Source: an uncultured Dehalococcoidales bacterium (lineage in GTDB: Bacteria; Chloroflexota; Dehalococcoidia; Dehalococcoidales; Fen-1064). From it: 38,190 bases of DNA. The stretch's first letter is position 1. Every line of letters begins with the position of its first letter. The position numbers and the translations under genes are program-made. Below the pieces are notes generated by a model. The model had not been told where the DNA came from. It worked only from the letters and a program-made list of their open reading frames with translations, and did not search any database. Shown here one piece after another: positions 24,871 to 35,168 of the stretch. The stretch lies in assembly GCA_964354765.1 (NCBI GenBank), contig CAYHBE010000001.1, positions 1 to 38,190 on the forward strand. The letters run 5' to 3'.

Positions 24871-25477
24871 GGGGAAGAAGGTAGGGATACTAGGTGGCAC
24901 TTTTGATCCGGTGCATAATGCTCACCTGGCAATTATCGATGAAGCCAGGCTGGAACTGGAACTCGATGAAATTATCCTCGTGCCAGCCGGTCGTCCCTGG
25001 ATGAAATCTGACAGAGTCATTACAGCTGCGGAACATCGGGTCAGGATGCTGCGGTTAGCCATCACCGGGCGTTTTGGATTTTATGTCTCAACGACCGAGA
25101 TCGACCGCCCCGGACCTTCCTATACAGTCGATACCTTGAAAGAATTTAACAGAGAATACAGTGGTCTTGCAGAATTGTATTTCCTGTTAGGTTGGGATAA
25201 CCTGCCGGAATTACCTCGCTGGAAAGACCCGCAAAAGGTAATCGAGCTTTGTAAACTGGTGGCGTTCCCACGCCCCGGTTCCTCGCTTCCCGACATCGAT
25301 GCCATCGACAAAGCGATTCCGGGGCTTTGCCAGCGCATCATACTTATGGAAAGACCAATGATAGATATTAGCGCCACGCAAATCCGCGAAAGAGTGTCAA
25401 AGGGGTTAGATATCAGCAGCCTAGTGCCTGAAGCGGTAACAAAATATATCAAACAAAATCGGCTTTATACCAAATGA
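24845..25477 (+). CDS. nadD: Nicotinate-nucleotide adenylyltransferase
   Basis: 210 aa. GILGGTFDPVHNAHL (the HxGH-type motif) and ISATQIR near the C-terminus. GTG start with TAAGG 6 nt upstream; TTG at 24854 is an alternative. Overlaps the obg stop. Confidence 0.85.
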   Translation: MTILNGIGEGKKVGILGGTFDPVHNAHLAIIDEARLELELDEIILVPAGRPWMKSDRVITAAEHRVRMLRLAITGRFGFYVSTTEIDRPGPSYTVDTLKEFNREYSGLAELYFLLGWDNLPELPRWKDPQKVIELCKLVAFPRPGSSLPDIDAIDKAIPGLCQRIILMERPMIDISATQIRERVSKGLDISSLVPEAVTKYIKQNRLYTK

Positions 25478-25487
25478 GAGGGTAAGA

Positions 25488-25534
25488 ACTTGGGGTGGAA
25501 AAGGGGGGACTTGGTACTTGATACTTGTAACTTG
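25488..25534 (-). repeat. Phased heptanucleotide array CAAGTNN immediately 3' of the gyrB stop
   Basis: Complement reading: CAAGTTA CAAGTAT CAAGTAC CAAGTCC, starting at 25534, 25527, 25520 and 25513. After exactly three periods (21 nt), a further CAAGT starts at 25492. Confidence 0.65.
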
Positions 25535-25544
25535 TTATTTTCTC

Positions 25545-27494
<1,950 letters not shown>

Positions 27495-27599
27495 TTACCT
27501 CTTGAAAATAGGATGAACAGAGAAGCCAAAGGAAATTTTGTGCAATGGTGAAAGGCTTTTATATGTCGAAGGAGCATTCTCTGCTCTCATTATATTTAA

Positions 27600-27608
27600 A
27601 TTATAGCA
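27600..27608 (-). promoter_or_regulatory. Extended -10 element TGCTATAAT upstream of gyrB
   Basis: The complement of 27608->27600 reads TGCTATAAT, about 110 nt upstream of the gyrB ATG. The -35 is poor. Confidence 0.35.
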
Positions 27609-27756
27609 CAATTGAGCTTAAAATGGAAGCCTTGAATCTGTTAAATTATCGCTGTTAATCGAGTGTGGCAATGTCTTGCATGTAAATAATTGTGTGCAAT
27701 TATTATAAAAAATCGCGGATGCGGTCGCATTAAAATCAACCAGATTATGGACCAAA

Positions 27757-29004
27757 TCATCTCAGCAGCGAGGCTAGCTCTTTCATACTAATTGTAGTCT
27801 GCTGAGAAGTCGCCATATCCCGCAGGATGACACTGGCAGTTTTCACTTCGTCATCGCCGATGATGATAGCTTTGGGTATTTTAAGGCTGTTTGCCTGCCT
27901 GAGTTGCGCTTTAAGGCTCTTTGTAGATGTAGCAACGATGACCGGAATGTCGCCACGCCGCAACTGTGCTGACAGGATAATTGCTTCTTCACGAGCGGCA
28001 TCGCCAATATATGCGACAAAAACCTGGGGTTTAGGTAACATCGGTACCTCAATCCCCTCTTTCTTCAGGTTAATAATTATTCTTTCAAGTCCGATTCCGA
28101 AACCAATGCCAGGTGTTGACTTACCTCCTAGAGTCTCAATCAGGCCGTCATACCTGCCGCCCCCGCAAATAGTGCTCTGCGACCGCTGGTCCTCCGGCTG
28201 GATTTCAAAAACTGTCCGCGTGTAATAATCCAGGCCGCGCACAAGGTTAGAATTTACTTCGAAAGGCAGCCCGAGCAAGCGTAGATAGTTTTTTAGCTTA
28301 TTAAAGTGGTCGAGACAGTCCGGGCACAGATAGTCGATACTCTTGGGGGCGTCGGCGGCTATTGTCTGGCAGGAAGTTTGTTTGCAGTCGAGCAGGCGTA
28401 AAACATTGCGCTCTAAACGTGCTTTACAGTCGGTGCACATTTCATCCAGTTGTTTAGAAAAGTACTCTCGTAGAATATTTAGATATGCTGGCCGGCACTT
28501 TGGACAGCCGATGCTGTTGATGAAAAGAAGCAGCTTACGCAAACCCACTGATTTTAGAAACTGCCAGGCAAGATCGATTACCTCCGCATCTAAAGAGGCG
28601 TCAGACTCCCCAATTGCTTCCAATCCGAATTGGTAGTGCTGGCGGTAACGTCCTGCCTGAGGGCGTTCGTACCTGAAAATAGGAGTGTAGTAAAAGAGCT
28701 TGACCGGCTGGGGTAGGTTGTTATAGCCGTGTTCGAGGTAAGCACGGCAGACGGAAGGCGTTCCTTCAGGTTTCAGGGTAATACTGTTACCGCTCCGGTC
28801 TTCAAAGGTATACATCTCCTTCTGGACGATATCGGTGGTCTCCCCGGTACCTTTGATAAACAGGTGGGTATCCTCAAAAATGGGCGGATCGATCCGTTCG
28901 TAACCGTAGAGTTGACAGATTCTGGCGGCTTTTTGCTCTACGTAGCGCCAGTATGGCTGCTCTTCCGGCAGTATGTCAGTTGTGCCGCGAGGTGCCGTGT
29001 ACAA
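27757..29004 (-). CDS. hisS: Histidine--tRNA ligase
   Basis: 415 aa. Class II aaRS motifs (RGTTDILP, FRYERPQAGRYRQHYQ, GGGRYD) and a C-terminal anticodon-binding domain. Confidence 0.95.
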   Translation of the reverse strand: MYTAPRGTTDILPEEQPYWRYVEQKAARICQLYGYERIDPPIFEDTHLFIKGTGETTDIVQKEMYTFEDRSGNSITLKPEGTPSVCRAYLEHGYNNLPQPVKLFYYTPIFRYERPQAGRYRQHYQFGLEAIGESDASLDAEVIDLAWQFLKSVGLRKLLLFINSIGCPKCRPAYLNILREYFSKQLDEMCTDCKARLERNVLRLLDCKQTSCQTIAADAPKSIDYLCPDCLDHFNKLKNYLRLLGLPFEVNSNLVRGLDYYTRTVFEIQPEDQRSQSTICGGGRYDGLIETLGGKSTPGIGFGIGLERIIINLKKEGIEVPMLPKPQVFVAYIGDAAREEAIILSAQLRRGDIPVIVATSTKSLKAQLRQANSLKIPKAIIIGDDEVKTASVILRDMATSQQTTISMKELASLLR

Positions 29005-29159
29005 ATTTATACTCCTGTATAATCGCTAGAATACTGTATTTACTGGGAGATTGTAAAGAGCATCAGGCGTCAATGACATTTCCACGCTCATGCGTTATAC
29101 TTAATCTACGAATCCCCATTTTGATATTTGATTTTTTCTCGAAATTTGCATCCTGATTA

Positions 29160-31370
29160 TTGGTATTTTCTCCAAGTGTGGTTGTTGTGACTGTAAATGA
29201 ACTAATAGAGAAGGCACAGACTTATCTTTCCCAGGAGAAAGTGGCTCTCATCCAGCGTGCATATGAATTCGCTCGTGAAGCCCACGAAGGGCAGGTCAGG
29301 AAATCGGGCGAACCCTACATAGAACATCCTCTTCAAGTAGCTCTTATCTTGGTCGGGCTCCAGCTAGATGCCAGCTCTCTCGCAGCGGCTCTGCTGCATG
29401 ATGTCGAAGAGAATAGCGGGATTCCTAATGCCGAATTAGTCGAGAAATTCGGTCCCGAAGTGGCGAAGCTAGTGGATGCTGCTACTAAACTCGGCAAGAT
29501 TTCCCTGACCCCGAAGGACGAATCTTTAAAAAAGAGCGCGGCTCTTGCCGGCTCGAGTCAAGCAGAAAACCTGCGTAAGATGCTCGTCGCGATGGCAGAA
29601 GACCTCCGCGTGGTTTTTATTAAATTAGCTGACCGCCTCCATAATATGCGGACACTGCATGCTCTGAATGAGGAACAACAACAGAGAATTTCCCTCGAAA
29701 CAATTGAAATCTACGCTCCGCTGGCACACCGGTTGGGCATCTGGGAATTAAAATGGCAATTAGAAGACCTCTCCTTCCGCTATCTCGAACCCGAAAAGTA
29801 CCATGAAATTGCCAACCGTCTGGCAAGTAAACGAGGCGACCGGGAGCAGTTTATCGCGAAGGTCAGCCAGCAATTAACCCATGAATTCGAAAAGGTAGGT
29901 TTAAAGGCAGAGGTTACCGGACGTGCTAAGCACATCTACAGCATTTACCTGAAAACTGAAAGATACGCGCAACTGGGCAAGGACTTTGACGACATACACG
30001 ACCTGCTTGCGCTTCGGGTCACTGTCAATACTATCCCGGATTGTTATGCAGCTCTCGGCATCGCGCACAACCTCTGGCATCCCCTGCCGGAGCATTTCGA
30101 TGACTACATCGCCAATCCGAAGATGAACGGGTACCAATCGCTGCACACAACCGTCATGTGCGAGCGTACAATGCCCCTAGAAGTCCAGATCCGTACCAGG
30201 GAGATGCATCACATTGCTGAGTATGGTTTCGCCGTCCACTGGCGGTATAAAGAAGGAGGCAAGCCCGACAAAGGTTTCGAAGAAGGAATCGGCTGGCTGC
30301 GTCAGCTCGTAGACTGGCACCGGGAGTTGAGCGGCGCTGAGGAATTTCTTGAATCGGTCAGGACCGATGTTTTCGGCGACCAGGTATTTGTTTACACACC
30401 CAAGGGAGAAGTGAAGGACCTGCCCAAGGGGGCAACTCCATTGGATTTTGCCTACCGCGTTCATACGGAGCTGGGGAACAGGTGTATCGGAGCTAAAGTA
30501 AACGGCAGACTGGTGTCGCTAAGCTATCAGCTTGGGAACGGCGATATTATTGAAATTCTTACAAGTAAAAACCCGCGGGCACCCAGCCGGGACTGGTTAA
30601 ATCCAGAGCTTGGTTTCGTTAAGACAACGCATGCGCGAACGAAGATCCGGCAGTGGTTTTCGAGGCAGGAAAAAACAGAAAACATACAGCGCGGACGCGA
30701 CATCCTGGACAAATTCATGCGCGGTCTGGGGATAAAATTTACAGAACGGACGAATTTTGCGGCTCTTTTCAACTATGATACTCTAGATGAATTTTATGAC
30801 GCCCTCGGTTACGGCGGTATTACTACTCAGCAAATTGCCAACAAGCTGTCAGCGGAACCCGAACAAGAAATAAAGATCCCCGAAACCGCCCCAGCCACTA
30901 AACAACCGCCGTCGCATATTAAGGTACTGGGCGTGGGAGACATGCTTACCAATTTGGCGCAATGTTGCAATCCACTGCCTGGCGATGATATTATCGGATT
31001 TGTGACCCGCAGTCGGGGTGTCACCATTCACCGCAAAGACTGTGCGAACGTTATCAATGAAGAAGAGAAAGAAAGGCTTGTCCCGGTCCAATGGGGACAG
31101 AGTGATCGCACTTATCCGGTAATTGTCGACCTTGAAGCCTGGGACAGAGTTGGACTGGCTCGGGATATTACAGCAGCGGTCGCCGCTGAAAAGGTAAACA
31201 TCGCCAGCATGACGATCTCCAATCGGGTAGACCAGAAGACTTACTTCAAACTTACAATGGATATCGAGGACCTGTCACAGTTGAGTCGGGTACTGGGCAA
31301 GCTGGAAGGTGTAAAAGGGGTTGTTACCGTCGTCAGGATAGGAGAATCCAGGCCAGTTTCTCAGAATTAA
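29160..31370 (+). CDS. rel: Bifunctional (p)ppGpp synthetase/hydrolase, RelA/SpoT (Rel) family
   Basis: 736 aa. HD hydrolase domain (HEGQVRKSGEPYIEHPLQV..LLHDVEE), synthetase domain (YQSLHTTV), and TGS and ACT domains. The start is uncertain: TTG 29160, or GTG 29178 or 29187. Confidence 0.9.
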   Translation: MVFSPSVVVVTVNELIEKAQTYLSQEKVALIQRAYEFAREAHEGQVRKSGEPYIEHPLQVALILVGLQLDASSLAAALLHDVEENSGIPNAELVEKFGPEVAKLVDAATKLGKISLTPKDESLKKSAALAGSSQAENLRKMLVAMAEDLRVVFIKLADRLHNMRTLHALNEEQQQRISLETIEIYAPLAHRLGIWELKWQLEDLSFRYLEPEKYHEIANRLASKRGDREQFIAKVSQQLTHEFEKVGLKAEVTGRAKHIYSIYLKTERYAQLGKDFDDIHDLLALRVTVNTIPDCYAALGIAHNLWHPLPEHFDDYIANPKMNGYQSLHTTVMCERTMPLEVQIRTREMHHIAEYGFAVHWRYKEGGKPDKGFEEGIGWLRQLVDWHRELSGAEEFLESVRTDVFGDQVFVYTPKGEVKDLPKGATPLDFAYRVHTELGNRCIGAKVNGRLVSLSYQLGNGDIIEILTSKNPRAPSRDWLNPELGFVKTTHARTKIRQWFSRQEKTENIQRGRDILDKFMRGLGIKFTERTNFAALFNYDTLDEFYDALGYGGITTQQIANKLSAEPEQEIKIPETAPATKQPPSHIKVLGVGDMLTNLAQCCNPLPGDDIIGFVTRSRGVTIHRKDCANVINEEEKERLVPVQWGQSDRTYPVIVDLEAWDRVGLARDITAAVAAEKVNIASMTISNRVDQKTYFKLTMDIEDLSQLSRVLGKLEGVKGVVTVVRIGESRPVSQN

Positions 31371-31415
31371 AATAATAAGAGCCACCCCTAGAGGTGTTTT
31401 CAACAGGAGGATAGA

Positions 31416-31700
31416 TTGCCAAATATTGCATCATCAAAACGACAAATCAGGACTGACGCACGGCGTACGTTGCGAAATAAGAATGTGCGTACTCATGTCA
31501 AAACAGAAATCGGAAAAGCGGAACGCTTAATTGCTGCCGGTAAGCTGGAAGAGGCGGAGGCAGCCGTTAAAACAGCGGCAAGCCAGCTCGATAAAACTGG
31601 TGTTAAAGGCGTTCTTCATTCCAACAACGTCTCCCGGCGCAAGGCAAGATTAGTCGCGAAACTGAACAAAGCGAAAGCTGCAAAAACACCTTCTGCATAA
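31416..31700 (+). CDS. rpsT: 30S ribosomal protein S20
   Basis: 94 aa. TTG start 5 nt after GGAGG. (M)PNIASSKRQIRTDARRTLRNKNVR.. is the canonical S20 N-terminus. Confidence 0.9.
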   Translation: MPNIASSKRQIRTDARRTLRNKNVRTHVKTEIGKAERLIAAGKLEEAEAAVKTAASQLDKTGVKGVLHSNNVSRRKARLVAKLNKAKAAKTPSA

Positions 31701-31729
31701 GATATTAATCAATTTAGATAAAAAATTAA

Positions 31730-31755
31730 GGGGCTTGATACACAAGCCCCTTTTT
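31730..31755 (+). terminator. Intrinsic terminator, probably bidirectional (rpsT on the plus strand, plsY on the complement)
   Basis: GGGGCTTG-ATACA-CAAGCCCC (31730-31750) followed by TTTTT. An A-run on the 5' side (AAAAAATTAA) provides a U-tract for the opposite strand. Confidence 0.75.
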
Positions 31756-31776
31756 CGTCTTTAGCTCACCAAAATT

Positions 31777-31803
31777 CTTGGTTATTGTATCTTGTTTCTT
31801 GAG
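31777..31803 (-). repeat. Phased heptanucleotide array CAAGANN 3' of the plsY stop
   Basis: Complement reading: CAAGAAA CAAGATA CAATAAC CAAGAAT, starting at 31801, 31794, 31787 and 31780. The array begins 10 nt after the stop codon. Confidence 0.6.
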
Positions 31804-31811
31804 TGTTTCTT

Positions 31812-32444
31812 TTAGCGTCCTTTGATGAAGTCCCAGATGCTTGTAGATTTGGCGATTACCCCGATGGCTGTACTCGCGAACTTAATCGCGATAATTACAC
31901 CTACCACCAGCGACCAGATAACAAAGAGACCGGAGTGCATGCTCAGCCATCCTAAAAACGGCAGTGCCACCAGCCCCAGCCCCATCGACAGCGCCACATT
32001 CCGTGTCAGCAGCAGAGGTATGACAACAATCCCGCCGAAAATCGCAAGTTCCAGCGTCCAGCCGTAAATCGGCATGATCATCACCAGAGCGCCGACTGCA
32101 GCACCCATTCCTTTACCGCCGGTAAATTTCAGCCAGGGCATCCAGTTGTGCCCCGCAACAGCTCCAACCGCCGAGACGAGCACAAAAACCTGCTCCAGGT
32201 CAAGAGCGTAATAGGTAATCGCAATCACTACCGCGCCTTTGCCGATATCGACCAGCGTGACGATTATCGCCGGCAGGATGCCGACTTCCTTGAAGGTATT
32301 GAGTCCTCCGACATTACCGCCGCCCATTTTACGGATGTCTTTGCCGGTCTTCCACCTGGTTACCAGGTAGGCAGTCGGAATTGAACCGAGAATATAGCCA
32401 ATTAGAAAAGCTAACAGCCCGGTGACGAAGTTGTTGACAATCAT
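31812..32444 (-). CDS. plsY: Glycerol-3-phosphate acyltransferase PlsY
   Basis: 210 aa, multi-TM. N-terminal GYILGSIPTAYLV and G-rich GGGNVGGLN motif typical of PlsY. Confidence 0.88.
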   Translation of the reverse strand: MIVNNFVTGLLAFLIGYILGSIPTAYLVTRWKTGKDIRKMGGGNVGGLNTFKEVGILPAIIVTLVDIGKGAVVIAITYYALDLEQVFVLVSAVGAVAGHNWMPWLKFTGGKGMGAAVGALVMIMPIYGWTLELAIFGGIVVIPLLLTRNVALSMGLGLVALPFLGWLSMHSGLFVIWSLVVGVIIAIKFASTAIGVIAKSTSIWDFIKGR

Positions 32445-32459
32445 GCCGACCTCCTGAGT

Positions 32460-33371
32460 CTATTTCTTTTTATAGACCGGGGTACACCATGAAGAGTATT
32501 TTGTATTCTTATTGACAATAATATCGGCGTAAAGTTTCTGCAGTTTCTTTGTAACCGGTCCGATTTCACCGCCGGCAATCTTTCGTCGGTCGATTTCCGC
32601 TACAGGTGTGATGTGAGCCGCTGTCCCGGTGAGGAAAATCTCTTCAGCAGAATACAGCTCTATCCGGTCGACATGACGTTCTACGGTCTCGATCCCCAGT
32701 TCTTTTTCAGCAAGCTGTATGACAGTGTTGCGGGTAATACCGATGAGTGGTCCATCAGATCCTGGCGGGGTCACCAGCTTGCCGTCTTTTAAGAGGAAAA
32801 TGTTTTCGCCGCTCCCCTCAGCGACGTAACCGTCCGAGTTAAGCATGATCGCTTCATCAAAACCACCGGAAACAGCCTCGGTTTTAGCTAGCGCGTTGGT
32901 AACATAAAGCCCGGTTAGTTTTTGGCGCGGTACTTCTTTCGGGAATCGCCACGAGGAAACCACACACCGCGCCCGGTCTGTATCCAGGTAAGGTCCCCAC
33001 GGGAAAACAAACACGAAAAAGTCCGAATCGAGATTATGCAGGCGTACGCCGAGAGTCTCGCTGCTCTTATAAGCTACCGGACGCACATAAATGTCTTCCT
33101 GGAAAGCACTTTTTGCGGTGACTTTGATGGTGATATCGCATAGCTCGTCCATAGTATAAGGGATGTCGATATTCAGTATCTGGCATCCTCTGAGCATCCG
33201 TTCGTAGTGTTCGTTAAGGCGGAAAAGATAAAGCTCCCGCTTCTGCTTATTCCAATTGCCTCTTATGCCTTCAAACACGCCTGTACCATAGTGTATGAAG
33301 TTAGTCATGACGTTGATGTTCGCCTGCTCGAGCGGGACTATTTTCTTTTTAAAATACGCATATGACGGCAT
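32460..33371 (-). CDS. ilvE: Branched-chain amino acid aminotransferase (PLP fold type IV)
   Basis: 303 aa. HYGTGVFEGIRGN, EAIMLNSDGYVAEGSGENIF and TGTAAHITPV motifs. Confidence 0.9.
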   Translation of the reverse strand: MPSYAYFKKKIVPLEQANINVMTNFIHYGTGVFEGIRGNWNKQKRELYLFRLNEHYERMLRGCQILNIDIPYTMDELCDITIKVTAKSAFQEDIYVRPVAYKSSETLGVRLHNLDSDFFVFVFPWGPYLDTDRARCVVSSWRFPKEVPRQKLTGLYVTNALAKTEAVSGGFDEAIMLNSDGYVAEGSGENIFLLKDGKLVTPPGSDGPLIGITRNTVIQLAEKELGIETVERHVDRIELYSAEEIFLTGTAAHITPVAEIDRRKIAGGEIGPVTKKLQKLYADIIVNKNTKYSSWCTPVYKKK

Positions 33372-33455
33372 AGCAATGCTCCTCCTATGAGTTGGGCATT
33401 ATTATAGCCAGTGCTGAATGAGAAATCAAGGCAAATACTTCGGGGTGATACAAGG

Positions 33456-34142
33456 TTATTCTTTCTTTTCGGACCTCTCGGCTTTCTCGGCAGGTTCTTT
33501 CTTTGCCTCAGCCTCTTCACCTTCAGCAGGAGCTTCGCCCTCAGCTTCTCCCTCAGCCTTCGGTTTCTCGACGACCTTCTCTACCACCTCAATTGCGATT
33601 CTGGCAACCACGACGCCAGGGTCGTTCAAAACAGTCACGTCCTTGGCAACCTGAATGTCTTTAACGCGGATCATCAGGTCGGCGGTTACCAGCGGTGAGA
33701 CGTCCACTTCAATTGTGCTGGGGATATTTGCAGGTAGACACTCAATTGTAAGCTCGTTAAGCTCCTGGACGAGTGTATTACCCTTGGCTTTTGCGGCAGC
33801 GGAGTCGCCTACCAGGATGATTGGGACATCAACTTTGATATTCACGGTGAGCTGTACCTGGTAGAAGTCCACATGCAGAACTTCATCTTTAAGCGAATCT
33901 ATCTGAACTTCGCGGATCATCACTGTCCGTGGGCTTTTTTCACGAGCTATTTGCAGATTGATGAGTTTGGTATGTCCGGCCTCTCCCAGCATCCGCTTGA
34001 GGGTGGGTGTGTCCACCTGGATCGCAACCGACTCAATTTCCGGACCAAAAAGGTGTGCCGGGGTAATGCCGTCGCGACGCAACTGCTTTACCTTCTTGCC
34101 TTCAATCTGTCTTTTTGTAACTTTTAAATCAAGGGTACTCAT
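33456..34142 (-). CDS. rplY: 50S ribosomal protein L25 (Ctc form) with a low-complexity E/A/K-rich C-terminal tail
   Basis: 228 aa from the ATG at 34142 (SD GGAGGA upstream). MSTLDLKVTKRQIEGKKVKQLRRDGITPAHLFG is the canonical L25/Ctc N-terminus. The ORF-track extension to 34190 is rejected. Confidence 0.85.
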   Translation of the reverse strand: MSTLDLKVTKRQIEGKKVKQLRRDGITPAHLFGPEIESVAIQVDTPTLKRMLGEAGHTKLINLQIAREKSPRTVMIREVQIDSLKDEVLHVDFYQVQLTVNIKVDVPIILVGDSAAAKAKGNTLVQELNELTIECLPANIPSTIEVDVSPLVTADLMIRVKDIQVAKDVTVLNDPGVVVARIAIEVVEKVVEKPKAEGEAEGEAPAEGEEAEAKKEPAEKAERSEKKE

Positions 34143-34280
34143 TAGTGAATCCTCCATGATAATGATGCAACAAATTCTATTAAACCACATTTGCAGGAAA
34201 TTTGGTACTGTGGAGCGTAGAACTAAGTCAAAAGTAAAAGGTAAATTCTCAAAACCGTGTTCAAAACTGACAGATTTACA

Positions 34281-34315
34281 CTTTTAGCTTTGACTTTTGA
34301 GTTTTAACTTTTAAC
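34281..34315 (-). repeat. Phased A-rich heptanucleotide array directly 3' of the SDR gene stop
   Basis: Complement reading, starting at the base after the stop codon: GTTAAAA GTTAAAA CTCAAAA GTCAAAG CTAAAAG. Confidence 0.5.
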
Positions 34316-35071
34316 TTATGTTATGATCTGTCCTCCGTCTACCTGGATGGTCTGTCCGGTAATATAGGAGGAATCTTCAGATGCAAGGAACAGTACCGTG
34401 TTTGCGGTTTCCTCCGCCCTTCCCTGCCGCTGAATCGGTATTCTCTCGACCGAAGCTTTTCTACTCGAGGTCTGTATTTCGGAGACCATGGGGGTATCCA
34501 TTAGACCAGGAGCGACGCAGTTGACGCGGATGTTGTTCTTCGCATACCCGCCCGCCAGGCAGCGGGTGAGCGCGATGACACCTGCTTTGGAGACCGAATA
34601 TGCATAAGTGCCGTAGGAATAGTAGGCTGCCATCGACGCGTTATTTACAATCGTGCCGCCGCCGGTCTTTATCATTTCTGGGATGGCGTATTTGCAGATA
34701 AAAAGGACGCTCTTCAGGTTGACGTTCATGACGGTATCCCATTCTTTTTCTGTGACAGTTAAACCCCTGCCGCCGGAGCCAATACCAACGTTGTTGAAGA
34801 TAATATCGATTCTGCCATATTTAGCAATTGCAGCGTCAACAGCACTTTTAGCTTCTGGTTCTTTCGAGACATCTGCCTGGACCGCAACCGCTTCACCTCC
34901 AGCTTTTGTTATTAAATCAACGGTCTCTTTAGCCGCGGTTAAATTGCGATCGATAGCAACTACTTTTGCGCCTTCTTTTGCGAACAGGATGGCGGTGGCT
35001 TTTCCATTACCGATGCCCGGTCGTATCGAACCGGCGCCAACCACCATGGCGATCTTATCCTTTAATCTCAT
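34316..35071 (-). CDS. Short-chain dehydrogenase/reductase (FabG-like SDR)
   Basis: 251 aa. Cofactor motif VVGAGS..GIG, NNVG, and catalytic YSVSK (YxxxK). Confidence 0.85.
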   Translation of the reverse strand: MRLKDKIAMVVGAGSIRPGIGNGKATAILFAKEGAKVVAIDRNLTAAKETVDLITKAGGEAVAVQADVSKEPEAKSAVDAAIAKYGRIDIIFNNVGIGSGGRGLTVTEKEWDTVMNVNLKSVLFICKYAIPEMIKTGGGTIVNNASMAAYYSYGTYAYSVSKAGVIALTRCLAGGYAKNNIRVNCVAPGLMDTPMVSEIQTSSRKASVERIPIQRQGRAEETANTVLFLASEDSSYITGQTIQVDGGQIIT

Positions 35072-35168
35072 TGGAATTAGTCCTCCGTTATTGTATTTGG
35101 GTGCTTTGTGCTATGTAGTCTGAGCAATCGTATCACCGTGAGCGTGTTTCGTCAACTTGGGGGCTCGT

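Noticed and set aside
34143-34190. 16-codon extension of rplY; also 19689..19769, a 27-codon extension of the dksA-like gene
   Set aside because: In both cases an internal ATG with a good SD starts the conserved family N-terminus. The extensions are hydrophobic or Cys-rich junk that overlaps promoter-like sequence.
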